Shown: positions 21,053 through 31,881, counted from the stretch's first letter. The stretch is 64,000 nucleotides of DNA from an uncultured Verrucomicrobiae bacterium (GCA_963756875.1 CAVWPA010000003.1:1568001-1632000); one strand, 5' to 3'. Notes: generated from the letters alone by a model not told the origin. Numbers and translations: made by a program.

Positions 21053-22117
21053 TCACGGATAAGTCGAAAGAATCTGCGTTATCCGCGTAATCTGCGGTTG
21101 AAAGGAGAGGCGCACTTTTCCGGTGCCGCGCACAATCCTGCCGATTCGTTTCGCGCGCAGGATCGACATGGCGCGTTTTGCATTTCGTGCGGAAACGATT
21201 GCCACCATGCCGACGCCCATGTTGAAGACCTGATACATTTCGACGCGATTCACGCGTCCCTGTTCCTGCAAAATTTCGAAAATACGCGGCACGCGCCAGC
21301 TTCTGGTTTCGACGACCGCATCGCAGTTTTTGGGAAGGATACGCGGCAGATTATCGATTAATCCGCCACCTGTGATGTGAGCGGCGCCCTTGATCATGCG
21401 GGAAGGCGCTTTCGCAAGAAGCGGCTGATAGTTCTTATGCACGCGCAAAAGTTCTTTGCCGACCGGGCCGGCTAATCCGGGCAGACGCGAGCCAGGCTTC
21501 AGTCGCATTTTCTCGAACAGGATTTTCCGCGCGAGCGAATAGCCGTTAGTGTGCAAGCCGTTGGACGCGAGACCAAGAACCACGTCGCCTGGTTTGATTT
21601 TGCCGCCGTCGATCATTTTGCTCCGATCGACCACGCCAACGATGCAGCCTGCGAGATCGTATTCGCCTTTCCGATACATCCCCGGCATCTGGGCGGTCTC
21701 GCCGCCGATCAACGCGCAGCCGGCGGATCGGCACGCCTGTGAAAATCCGCTCAGCAGTTGCTGAAAAACGCGTGGCTCGAGTCTTTCGCAACCGATGTAA
21801 TCCAGAAAAAATAGCGGACGCGCGCCGATGACCGCGATGTCGTTCACACAATGGTTCACGAGATCGGCGCCAACCGTGTCGTGTTTGTTCATCGCGAACG
21901 CGATTTTCAATTTGGTTCCCACGCCATCGATACTCGCGACCAGGACCGGATCGCGCATTCCGGGAAAATTGGCCCGGAACAATCCACCGAAGCCGCCGAG
22001 TTTCCCCAAAACCTGCGGACCGTGGGTCTGTTTGACGAACGATTGAATGCGCCGCTTGAGCTTGTTGCCGAGATCGACATCGACGCCCGCGCGTGCGTAA
22101 GCTTTTCTTGTTCTCAT
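21053..22117 (-). CDS. purM: Phosphoribosylformylglycinamidine cyclo-ligase (AIR synthetase)
   Basis: YARAGVD, DGVGTKL, GGETAQMPG, SNGLHTNGYSL and HITGGG motifs; the last codons run into a 9-mer repeat. Confidence 0.96.
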   Translation of the reverse strand: MRTRKAYARAGVDVDLGNKLKRRIQSFVKQTHGPQVLGKLGGFGGLFRANFPGMRDPVLVASIDGVGTKLKIAFAMNKHDTVGADLVNHCVNDIAVIGARPLFFLDYIGCERLEPRVFQQLLSGFSQACRSAGCALIGGETAQMPGMYRKGEYDLAGCIVGVVDRSKMIDGGKIKPGDVVLGLASNGLHTNGYSLARKILFEKMRLKPGSRLPGLAGPVGKELLRVHKNYQPLLAKAPSRMIKGAAHITGGGLIDNLPRILPKNCDAVVETRSWRVPRIFEILQEQGRVNRVEMYQVFNMGVGMVAIVSARNAKRAMSILRAKRIGRIVRGTGKVRLSFQPQITRITQILSTYP

Positions 22118-22123
22118 CGGAAA

Positions 22124-22185
22124 TGGAGGGACGCGCTCTGTGGCGTCCCAAGAATTAATGGGACATGACGGCGCATGTCCCTCCA
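22124..22185. repeat. GGAG-type REP doublet between purF and purM
   Basis: tggagggacgcgctctgtggcgtccc ... gggacatgacggcgcatgtccctcca. Confidence 0.88.
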
Positions 22186-22186
22186 A

Positions 22187-23747
22187 TCATTTGAGATCGG
22201 CGAACAGTGTTGGTTGCGTCTCCTCGTCGGCGAGCGCTTTGGAACGGGCTTCGCGTTTTTCCATGATAAATTTGTCGAGCGCGGGATCGACGGGCAGGGG
22301 ATAATTGCCGGTGAAACAGGCGAGGCAAAATTCGTTCATCGGTCTTCCCGTTGCGCGCACCATTCCCTCAACGTCGAGGTAACCAAGGCTGTCCACGCCG
22401 AGATATTTGCGGATCTCTTCCATCGACATCTGGTTGGCGATCAGTTTTTGGGGATCCGGGAAATCGATTCCGTAATGGCAGGCGAAACGATGCGGCGGGC
22501 AGCTTACTCGCATGTGCACTTCTTTTGCACCGGCCTCGCGAAGGTTGACAACGCGGGCCCGGGCCGTGGTCCCGCGCACAATGGAATCATCGATGACGAC
22601 CACTCGTTTTCCTTCGACCATTTCCTTGATCAAGATTCAACTTTACCCGCACATCGAAATCGCGAATGAGCTGGCTGGGCTGCAGGAACGTGCGCCCGAT
22701 GTAGTGATTGCGCACAAACGCGTGCTGGTAGGGAATCTTCAGTTCCTCCGCAAAACCGAGCGCCGCATAATTTCCCGAGTCGGGCACCGGCACGACGATA
22801 TCGGCATCGACAGGGAATTGGCGTGCCAGCTCGCGGCCCATCTCCGTCCGGACTTTGCCGACATTGACGCCGCCCATCATGCTGTCGGGCCGGGAGAAGT
22901 AAACATATTCAAACATGCAAAAGGCCGGCTGCTCCGGCTGAAACGGGAATTCCGAGCGCATTCCATTTTCGTCGATGATCAACACTTCGCCCGGTTGGAT
23001 TTCGCGAATAAACTCCGCGTGAATGAGATCGAACGCGCACGTTTCGGAGGCGAGGATGTAGGCGCCGTCGAGTTTGCCTAACGAAAGCGGCCGCCAGCCG
23101 AACGGATCGCGCACTGCAATGAATTCGCGTTCGCTCATGATGAGCAGCGAAAACGCGCCTTCGATTCGCCGCAACGCCGCCAGAACGTTGCCGCCGTTCT
23201 CGGAGGGCTGGGCCAGCAGATGCAGAATGATCTCGCTGTCGGCTGTTGTTTGAAAAATGGAGCCTTTGCGCTCCAGCTCGTCGCGCAAAATATCCGCGTT
23301 AATCAAATTGCCATTGTGGGCAATTGCCATCTGTCCGCGAACGCAATCGACCACGAACGGTTGCGCATTTTTAATCGTGCTGGTGCCGGTTGTGGAATAA
23401 CGCGTGTGACCGATGGCGCGCCGCCCTTTGAGTTTCTCCAGTTCGACCTGGCCGAATACCTGGGAGACCAACCCCATGTCTTTGTGAATGAGAAACGAGG
23501 TGCCGGGGCCGTTGCTTGTCACGATGCCGGCGCTTTCCTGCCCGCGATGCTGAAGAGCGAAAAGTCCGTAATAGGTCAGCACGGCAGCGTTCGGATGCCC
23601 GAACACGCCAAAGAGCCCGCATTCATGCTGCGGATAGGCCTCCGCGTCGGTTAACTCGCGCGTGTCGATCTTGTCCAGGAAGGGCACACCAAATGATCCA
23701 CTAAATCGATCAGCATTCAATTGGGCAATTTTGGAGTGCGCGGACAT
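22187..23747 (-). CDS. purF: Amidophosphoribosyltransferase, with a +1 frameshift near 22632; start uncertain (23747 or GTG 23687)
   Basis: ECGLFG, LQHRGQESAG, GHTRYST and PVPDSG motifs; VVVIDDSIVRGTT lies in a second frame. Confidence 0.95.
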
Positions 23748-23787
23748 GTCCGCGCTTTTAAAGCGGCGACATGTCGCCGCACTCCAA
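23729..23787. repeat. REP doublet (RAYT1 family), left copy
   Basis: 59 bp ttttggagtgcgcggacatgtccgcgct-tttaaa-gcggcgacatgtcgccgcactccaa. Confidence 0.93.
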
Positions 23788-23789
23788 CA

Positions 23790-24317
23790 TCAAAAATCGT
23801 CGGGGAGTTTTAGTCTATCAGTCTTGAAATTCTTCACCGACTCCGCGAAGGCTGGCGACGCGTTTCGCAAGAACCATGCAGCCGAACACCATTTATAATT
23901 CTCCGCTACCGGTGCAATCCCGTGTCGCACCGGATTGTAATGAACATAGCTTAATCGCGCCAGGTACGACCGCTCGAACGTGATGTGGCTTTCCCAATAC
24001 TGAAACCACACTTTCCGCCCCGGTGCGTTGTCCCAGCGGTTTAGTTGTTTTGCCGTCTGCATGTGCAGTTTGCTCACAAACTTTCGGAGACTTTTGGGGT
24101 TGCGAGGTGAGGCCGCGATGAAGTGGTAGTGATTTGCCAGCACCGACCAAGCGCGCAGGTCCCACCCGAATTCACCAGCGCGCGCGAAGAGAGATTGCAA
24201 AAAGAAATCCAGCCTCATCGGCGAATTCAAATGTGGCCGTTTCAGGTATGTGCCTGCCGTGACCATGTACGATCCACGCTCAAAAAGCCAATGGGACGGC
24301 CCGTGTGGCCAATTCAT
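23790..24317 (-). mobile_element. REP-associated tyrosine transposase (RAYT-like, IS200/Y1 HUH family) #1
   Basis: YMVTAGT, NHYH (HUH), VWFQYWE and YVHYNPV motifs; flanked by REP doublets. Confidence 0.9.
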
Positions 24318-24357
24318 GGAAGGTGATTGCCTAAAACAAAATTGCGCGGCAAGAACA

Positions 24358-24416
24358 TTTTGGAGTGCGCGGACATGTTCGCGCTTTTAAAGCGGCGACA
24401 TGTCGCCGCACTCCAA
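24358..24416. repeat. REP doublet (RAYT1 family), right copy, direct orientation
   Basis: 58/59 identical to 23729-23787. Confidence 0.93.
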
Positions 24417-24418
24417 GA

Positions 24419-26885
24419 TCACAGACTTGGAACGGACTCGGCGAAATCGCTTTCCACCGCGCGGCGGATGGCGTTCCACCAATCGTCGTAAAGATCGGCA
24501 ATCGGCCAGCGGAAGTCTTCGTCGCTCAGGCGGATGCGAAGCTCGTTTCCGCCGACTTTGCCAAGCTGCTGAAACGGAACGTCGCGCTCGCGCAGAGCCG
24601 ATATGGTTTTTTCCAGATTGTTTTCGGCGATGGAAATCACGATCCGCGATTGCGCCTCGTTGAAGAGAATTTCCGCTGTGGAGGCAGGCGTGTCGCCTGC
24701 ATCGCGGCCCACACGGCCGCCACTACGGCTACAATCGATATCCGCGCCGAGAAGGCTGTCCGGATTGAAGCAACATTCGGCGAGGGCAACCGCGAGGCCG
24801 CCTTCGCTGCAATCGTGGGCACTCTTCACGAGGCCTTCCCGAATTAAATCGCGCACTGCATTTTGGATTTTGATTTCGTGCGCCAGATCGACATGAGGGG
24901 GCGGGCCCTCCTTCCGACCGAGGCAGACTTTCAAAAATTGCGAGCCGCCAAGACTTGGAGGGACGACCAGAGCCAGCCCGCTGCGGCGGGTGTCGTCCGA
25001 ATTTTGGGACGCGACAGAGCGCGTCCCTCCAACCAGAATGATGGCGTCGCCGGCATTTTTGAACCATTGCGTCGTGATGTGCTTTTCGTCGTCGATCAGG
25101 CCGACCATGCCAACGGTCGGCGTTGGATCGACCACTCCGGAGGGGCTCTCATTATATAGAGAGACATTTCCGCCCGTGACCGGGGTACCGAAAGCCCGGC
25201 AGGCTTCGGCAACTCCCTCGACCGCTTCGCGCAATTGCCAGAAATTTTCCGGCTTGTAGGGGTTGCCGAAATTCAAATTGTCGGTTACAGCGAGCGGCTT
25301 CGCGCCTGAGCAGGTAAGATTCCGCGCCGCTTCGGCAACGGCGATTTTGCCGCCTTCGCGCGGATCGAGCCGGCAGTAGAGCGAATTGCAATCGGTGGTC
25401 GCGGCGAGAATTTTGTTCGCATAACGGACGAAAAAGACGGCGGCATCCGAGCCCGGTTTTACGACCGTGCCGGTGCGAACAGTGTGATCGTATTGGCGAT
25501 AAACCCAATTCTTCGAGGCAATGGTGGGATTACGAAGCAACTGGCGAAGCGCGGAGTGAGCGTCGATTTTGGAAAGATCTTGTAGCCACGGCCCTGCGGG
25601 CTGTCCTTTCCCGACGCGCCACAGGCGCGTGGCTACAGCCGGCGGTTTGGCTTCGCGCGAGTAAAGAGGCGCTTCGTCCGCGAGCGGTTTTGCCGGAATT
25701 TCGGCGGCGATCGTGCCGTTGTTGCGCACGCGCATCATTCCATCGTCGGTAACGCGTCCGATTTCCGCGCAGGGCACGTCCCATTTGTCGAAGATCTCGC
25801 GAACGACATTTTCTTTTCCATGTTTCGCGATGATCAACATGCGTTCCTGCGATTCGCTAAGCAGAATTTCGTATGGCGTCATTCGGGGTTCGCGTTTTGG
25901 CACCTTGGCGAGGTCGATTTCGATGCCGGTGCCGCCGCGGCTCGCAGTTTCGCAGGTGGAACAGGTCAGGCCGGCCGCGCCCATATCCTGGATGCCGGCG
26001 ACCGCGTCCGCGCGCCAGAAGTTCCAGGCACGCTTCGAGCAATAATTTTTCTTTGAATGGATCGCCGACCTGGACGGCCGGACGATCCTCGCGTGATTGT
26101 TCGGTGAGTTCGCGCGAGGCAAACGCGGCGCCGGCCAGACCGTCACGCCCTGTTTCTGCGCCGACATAGAAAACCGGATTGCCAATGCCGCGCGCCGCGC
26201 CGCGCGCGAACTGGTCGTGACGCAAAACGCCAAGGCAAAAGACATTCACGAGCGGATTGCCTTCGAAGCTTTCATCGAAATAAATTTCACCGCCGATGGT
26301 CGGGATGCCGATGCAATTGCCGTAATGCGCGATGCCGGAGACAACGCCGGTAAAGAGCCGCCGGTTGGCGGCGATGCTGGATGCTCGATTCTTGATACTT
26401 GATGATTCGCCGCGCGCCTCCGATCCAGCATCGAGTATCGAGTATCGAGTATCTTCTGTGATTGGTCCGAAGCGCAGCGAATTGAGACAAAACTCCGGAC
26501 GCGCGCCCATGGTGAAAATATCGCGGATGATTCCGCCCACGCCGGTGGCTGCGCCTTGAAAAGGCTCGATGGCGCTGGGGTGATTATGGCTTTCGATTTT
26601 GAATGCAATGGCCCAGCCATCACCGATATCGACGACTCCGGCGTTTTCTTCTCCGGCTTTCACCAGGATGTTAGGCCCCGTGGTGGGAAATTTTCTCAAC
26701 TCTTTGCGAGAATTTTTGTACGAGCAATGCTCGCTCCACATGACGGAGAAGATTCCGAGCTCGGTAAAATTCGGATCGCGTCCGAGGATTTTCCTGATGC
26801 GCTCGAATTCCTCCGGCGTAAGGCCGTGTTCCGCCACAAGTTGCGGAGTAACAGGCGGGTCGAGAGTCGGAGCTGAACTACTCAT
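24419..26885 (-). CDS. purL: Phosphoribosylformylglycinamidine synthase subunit PurL, with a +1 frameshift near 26010 and four in-frame repeat insertions
   Basis: [42 protein letters not shown] and TGGNVSLYN motifs. Confidence 0.95.
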
Positions 26886-27121
26886 CGGCGCTTTACGTTA
26901 GCGAGTGCATGCGTCTGCTCAACTCGCGAAAGATATCAGCGTGAACGGCGCAAAATGGTCATTCGCTCGAATCGCGGGGCGGCAACAGGAAGGCGCTACC
27001 TTCCCAAGAGAGGGAAGCTAACAGCTTCCCCTACAGAACAAGACATTCGACGGACGCCTCGGAGAGGCGCCCATAGCTGCCATAGATTTGCGTTTCCGGC
27101 GCAAATCGCAGAACATTGCGC

Positions 27122-28540
27122 ATGGCTTTTGATCTGAAGGAGATCGTGGCGGCGCGATTGGGTGAAAATTACGAGCTGCACGAGAAGCACATCAACCGGA
27201 CACTGGTCGCCGCGCAGCGCGTCATCGGGTTCGACAAGGTCTATGCGCGGGCCGAGGGCGCGTACCTGTACGACATGGATAACCAGCCGTATCTCGATTT
27301 TCTGAGCGGCTACAGCGTTTTCAACATCGGCCGCAATCATCCGGTGGTGAAACAGGCGATCCGCGACGTGCTCGATCTCGATTTGCCGAACATGGTGCAG
27401 ATGGATTGTTCGCTTTTAAGTGGATTGCTCGCTGAAGCGATCGTGAAACGCACGCCGCCGCATCTCGATGCCGTTTTCTTTTGCAATTCTGGCACCGAGG
27501 CGATGGAAGGCGCCCTGAAGTTCGCGCGCGCCGCGACCGGCCGGAAACGGGTCGTTTCTCTGGCAAGCGCATTTCACGGATTAAGCCTCGGCTCGCTTTC
27601 TTTGATGGGCTGCGAAAGTTTCACCGAAGGTTTTGGACCGCTCATGGAGGGATTCGATGCCCGGGTAGCGATCGACGATCTCGATGAATTGGATCGGCAG
27701 CTGCGTTCGGGTGACGTGGCGGCGTTCGTGATTGAGACGGTGCAAGGCAAAGGCTGCCAAACACCCAGGACCGATTTCTTTGTTCGCGCCCAGGAGCTTT
27801 GCCGCAAGTATGGAACGCTTTTGATTTCCGACGAAGTGCAGACCGGGCTCGGTCGCACCGGGAAGATGTTCGGTTTTCAACATTGGAATTTGGAGCCGGA
27901 CATTATTACCCTGGCGAAAACCTTGAGCGGCGGATATGTCCCGTGCGGCGCGATCGTGACGCGGCGCGACATTTATCAAAAAACGTTTTCGCGGATGGAT
28001 CGCTGTGTTGTTCACTCGACCACGTTCGGGCGGAACAATCTCGCCATGGCATGCGGGCTCGCCTCGCTGGAAGTGATCGATGACGAAAAGCTGGTCGAAA
28101 ATTCAGCAAAGGTGGGCGCGTTGTTGATGGAAAAAATCGACGCGTTGCGCTCGAAACATTCATTCATTAAAGAGGTGCGCGGTAAAGGACTCATGATCGG
28201 GATCGAGTTTCACGAGCCGACCGAGTTCAAGCTCAAGATGGCCTGGAAGCTTCTGCACAAGATCGACAAGGTGCTCTTCGCGCAAATGATCGTGACCCAA
28301 ATGTTGAGCAAGCATCGAATCCTCACACAAGTGGCCGGACACGCCATGGACGTGATGAAAATCCTGCCACCACTCATCATTGGCGAGCGCGAGGTGGACA
28401 TGTTTGTCAACGCGCTGGACGAGACGCTGACGGAATGCCGCAAGTTTCCCGGGCCAATGTGGGAGCTCGGAAACAATTTCGTGCGAGCGGCGATCGGTTC
28501 GAAGCGCGGATCGGAAACGCGACCAGCCGTCTCCGCGTAG
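27122..28540 (+). CDS. Class III aminotransferase, HpnO-like (aminobacteriohopanetriol synthase candidate)
   Basis: YLDFLSGYSVFNIGRNHP, LPNMVQMD, DEVQTGLGRTG, AKTLSGG and VVHSTTFG motifs. Confidence 0.75.
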   Translation: MAFDLKEIVAARLGENYELHEKHINRTLVAAQRVIGFDKVYARAEGAYLYDMDNQPYLDFLSGYSVFNIGRNHPVVKQAIRDVLDLDLPNMVQMDCSLLSGLLAEAIVKRTPPHLDAVFFCNSGTEAMEGALKFARAATGRKRVVSLASAFHGLSLGSLSLMGCESFTEGFGPLMEGFDARVAIDDLDELDRQLRSGDVAAFVIETVQGKGCQTPRTDFFVRAQELCRKYGTLLISDEVQTGLGRTGKMFGFQHWNLEPDIITLAKTLSGGYVPCGAIVTRRDIYQKTFSRMDRCVVHSTTFGRNNLAMACGLASLEVIDDEKLVENSAKVGALLMEKIDALRSKHSFIKEVRGKGLMIGIEFHEPTEFKLKMAWKLLHKIDKVLFAQMIVTQMLSKHRILTQVAGHAMDVMKILPPLIIGEREVDMFVNALDETLTECRKFPGPMWELGNNFVRAAIGSKRGSETRPAVSA

Positions 28541-28566
28541 GAATACGAACGATATCTTGGGGAAGA

Positions 28567-28644
28567 TTGCAGGGCGGGCGCATCGCCTGCCGCGTTTTGA
28601 ATCCGGCGTTTTCGCCTCGGCAAGCGAGGCGCTTGCCCTACAAT
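28567..28644. repeat. REP doublet (RAYT2 family), upstream of the RAYT
   Basis: ttgcagggcgggcgcatcgcctgcc ... ggcaagcgaggcgcttgccctacaat. Confidence 0.9.
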
Positions 28645-28654
28645 TCCAGACATC

Positions 28655-29131
28655 ATGGGCCATCCTCCCAGGATTCCGGTTTGGCTGCAGTGGGAACAAT
28701 CGGTGATGTATTTTATCACCATCTGTGTCGCAAATCCCAAACCCGTCTTGGCTAACGAAAATGCCTTCATCGCATTCAAAAATGCTGCAGCGAAACTGCG
28801 AGATTGGACCGTTCTGGCAGGGATCCTCATGCCGGACCACCTTCACGTTATCGTTGCACCAACAAAAGATCGCGATGCCAAGCTAGGCAATTTCACGGCT
28901 GCAATTAAACGCTGGATGCGGCAGGAAATACAAAGAGATGGCAACCGACGCGGTTGCCCTACAATATCGCAATGGCGCTGGCAGCCGGGGTCTTTCGATC
29001 GTCTCCTTCGTTCCGATGAATCGCTTCACGAAAAATGGCTCTATGTCGAAGAAAATCCGGTCCGCGCCGGTCTGGTGAAACGTTGGCAGGATTGGCCCTA
29101 TCGCTACGAGTTCAACGAGCCAAAATTGTAG
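28655..29131 (+). mobile_element. REP-associated tyrosine transposase (RAYT-like) #2
   Basis: YFITIC, MPDHLH (HUH), WQPGSFDRLLR and YVEENPVRAGLV motifs. Confidence 0.92.
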
Positions 29132-29188
29132 GGCAGGCGCATCGCCTGCCATGTCTTGGCTCGGCAAGCGGAGCGCTTGCCCTACAAT
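29126..29188. repeat. REP doublet (RAYT2 family), downstream; supplies the RAYT stop codon
   Basis: ttgtagggcaggcgcatcgcctgcc ... ggcaagcggagcgcttgccctacaat. Confidence 0.92.
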
Positions 29189-29277
29189 TGATCGCTGTGT
29201 CATGTCGGCATCCGTCAGTTTCTCGTTGTCGATCGTTCGTTTGGGCGTACGGTTTCGAGAAAGGGAGAAGTTAATTT

Positions 29278-30267
29278 ATGAGTAGCGCTGTTGCTGAAGA
29301 AAAGAAGACGAAACCGAGCCAACTCGAACAGCTCAAGAAATTTACCAAGGTCGTCGCCGACACCGGGGACTTTGAATCGATCAAGGAATTCAAGCCGCAG
29401 GACGCGACGACGAATCCGAGTCTGATCTACGCCGCTACCCAAAAGGAGCAATACGCCCATTTGCTCGAAGAAGTACTGGCGGACCGCAAGAAGTCGGGCC
29501 TAACCGGCGCGGCCCGGATCGAAGACATCATGGATCGCCTCCTCGTCCAGTTCGGCTGCGATATATTGGAGATTGTGCCCGGCCGCGTCTCCACGGAAAC
29601 CGATGCCCGCTTGTCTTTCGATGTCGAAGGTTCGATCAAAAAGGCGCGGCAACTGATCAAGCTCTACGCGGAGCGGAAGATCCCCCGCGAGCGCGTGTTG
29701 ATCAAAGTGGCGTCGACATGGGAAGGCATCAACGCGGCGGAGCAACTCCAGAAAGAAGGGATCAAGTGCAACCTGACGCTGATGTTTTCGCTTCCGCAGG
29801 CGGTGCGATGTGCCGAGGCGAAGGCGCAATTAATCTCGCCTTTCGTCGGCCGGATTTACGATTGGTACAAGGCGCATGAAAAGCGCGATTACACCGGGCC
29901 GGAAGATCCGGGCGTGCAGTCGGTCGATGAAATCTACACCTATTACAAGAAGTTCGGTTACCAGACCGAAGTGATGGGCGCGAGTTTTCGAAACACGGGA
30001 CAAATCCTGGAGCTCGCCGGTTGCGATGCGCTGACGATCAGCCCGGAATTGATGAAAGAGCTCTCCGGATCGCAGGAGCCGATCGAACGTAAGCTCGATC
30101 CGGAAAAGGCGAAAAGCGCGAAGATCGAAAAGTTGGACCTCGACGAGAAAAAGTTTCGTTTTCTGGTGAATGAGGACGCAATGGCGACGGAAAAACTGGC
30201 GGAAGGAATCCGCAAATTCGCGGCAGACGTGGTGAAGCTGGAAAAATTCGTGGCGAGCAAGCTTTGA
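29278..30267 (+). CDS. tal: Transaldolase
   Basis: [43 protein letters not shown] and MGASFRN motifs. Confidence 0.97.
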   Translation: MSSAVAEEKKTKPSQLEQLKKFTKVVADTGDFESIKEFKPQDATTNPSLIYAATQKEQYAHLLEEVLADRKKSGLTGAARIEDIMDRLLVQFGCDILEIVPGRVSTETDARLSFDVEGSIKKARQLIKLYAERKIPRERVLIKVASTWEGINAAEQLQKEGIKCNLTLMFSLPQAVRCAEAKAQLISPFVGRIYDWYKAHEKRDYTGPEDPGVQSVDEIYTYYKKFGYQTEVMGASFRNTGQILELAGCDALTISPELMKELSGSQEPIERKLDPEKAKSAKIEKLDLDEKKFRFLVNEDAMATEKLAEGIRKFAADVVKLEKFVASKL

Positions 30268-30341
30268 ACCACGGATTACACGGATCAAACGGATAGATCA
30301 GACTGATTCAGGAATCTGTGACATCCGTGGTTCGGGCTTGT

Positions 30342-30788
30342 GTGTTTAACATTGTCTTGATCGAACCGGAGATCCCTCCGAATACCGGAAATATCGGCCG
30401 GCTTTGCCTGGCGACACGGTCGGCCCTGCATCTGGTTAAGCCGCTGGGGTTTTCGCTGGACGATCGACAACTGAAACGTGCGGGACTCGATTATTGGGAC
30501 GAAGTCGATCTGCGCGTCTGGGATTCTTTCGCCCAGCTGCAATCCAAACAGAAGCCCGGTGCGCGGTACTTCTTTCTCACGACGAAAACGCAGCGCGCTT
30601 ACTACGATATCAAATTTGCGCGTGGAGATTTTCTTATCTTCGGGCGTGAAACGAAAGGGCTCCCTGAGCCCTTGTTGGCTGCAAACGACGACCATTGCAT
30701 CAGCATTCCGATGCATGGGACGCGCAGTTTGAACCTCGCAACGGCGGTGGCGATTGTTTTGTTTGAAGCGGTGCGGCAACAGCGGTGA
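30342..30788 (+). CDS. trmL: tRNA (cytidine/uridine-34 2'-O)-methyltransferase
   Basis: PEIPPNTGNIGR, KRAGLDYW, FGRETKGL and RSLNLA motifs. Confidence 0.93.
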   Translation: MFNIVLIEPEIPPNTGNIGRLCLATRSALHLVKPLGFSLDDRQLKRAGLDYWDEVDLRVWDSFAQLQSKQKPGARYFFLTTKTQRAYYDIKFARGDFLIFGRETKGLPEPLLAANDDHCISIPMHGTRSLNLATAVAIVLFEAVRQQR

Positions 30789-30962
30789 CGGTTGTCCTCA
30801 CTGGCAGGTCCATTGATTGCCGCCGAGGACTCCGAAAGGGCTCGCGAGCAGGCGGCGGCCTCTACAAGGCGGCCATAGACATCGTCGAAGGCGATAGTTA
30901 ACGACGTTGAATAATATGTCCGCCAGCGTTGTCTAAGGTGTTTGGGAAGAAAAAGGGAGATT

Positions 30963-31814
30963 ATGAAACGAATTCTATCTTTAATATGTGTTGGGAGTCT
31001 TGCGCTAATGCTGCCGATGGCTGCGCAAGCGGCGAGACATCGGGGCGACAAGAATGCCAAAGGTGAAACGCATGCTGCCGCGACCGGCCGAGCGTCGGTT
31101 TCAAGAGGAGTCAGAGGCACGCATGCCAGCGTGAGCGGCCGTTCTCATTTTAGAGCGCGAAGCGGGAACATGGCCAACGCCCGCGTCCGTGCTTATAACC
31201 ACACGAACCGCACGCGCGTAGCCGCGCGCACAAACGCGGTTGCCAATCGTTCAAACAACCATGTCCGGACGTTTCGTGGGAGAAACCTCGCCACGAACAA
31301 CCGCATTCGCACACGAAACAATGTGGCAGTTAACCGCCAAAGAAATATCAATCGTAATCGGAATGTGACGATTACCCGGCAACGAAACGCCAGGATCGTT
31401 AATCACTGGCGGGGTGACCGTTTTAGCGGAAGAAGCTATGCAGCGTTTCGCAATTATCACCGGGAATGGCACAACCGTTACTGGTGGCATAACCATTACA
31501 ATCGCATCGAGTTTGTTCTCGGTGGTTGGTGGTATTGGGATGCCGGCTACTGGTATCCGGCCTGGGGTTATGCTCCAGGGGCGTACTATCCGTACTACGG
31601 ACCAATTTATACCGGCTACGCCAGTCTGACGCCTTATCAGGCGACCGTAAATGTGCAGGTTCAGCTGCAACAGGAGGGTTATTATGCCGGCCCGATCGAC
31701 GGCATTCTTGGACCGCAGACGCGTGGAGCGCTTGCGGCGTTTCAGGCGGACCATGGATTGGCGATCACTTCGGCAATCGACGAGCCAACCCTTGCAACGC
31801 TTGGGTTAACGTAA
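30963..31814 (+). CDS. Secreted peptidoglycan-binding domain protein with Arg/Asn-rich low-complexity region
   Basis: Signal peptide; C-terminal VQVQLQQEGYYAGPIDGILGPQTRGALAAFQ (PG_binding_1-like). Confidence 0.85.
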   Translation: MKRILSLICVGSLALMLPMAAQAARHRGDKNAKGETHAAATGRASVSRGVRGTHASVSGRSHFRARSGNMANARVRAYNHTNRTRVAARTNAVANRSNNHVRTFRGRNLATNNRIRTRNNVAVNRQRNINRNRNVTITRQRNARIVNHWRGDRFSGRSYAAFRNYHREWHNRYWWHNHYNRIEFVLGGWWYWDAGYWYPAWGYAPGAYYPYYGPIYTGYASLTPYQATVNVQVQLQQEGYYAGPIDGILGPQTRGALAAFQADHGLAITSAIDEPTLATLGLT

Positions 31815-31840
31815 TACATGCGAGTTGAGTCATTTAAGCA

Positions 31841-31881
31841 GAGCCGCGCGATGAGTTCATCACGCGGCTCGCTTGCTTTTT
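31841..31881 (+). terminator. Rho-independent terminator
   Basis: gagccgcgcgatga-gt-tcatcacgcggctc followed by a T-run. Confidence 0.65.

Noticed and set aside
22587..26245. Programmed frameshifting or split genes in purF and purL
   Set aside because: No slippery sites; single extra bases are better explained as sequencing error.
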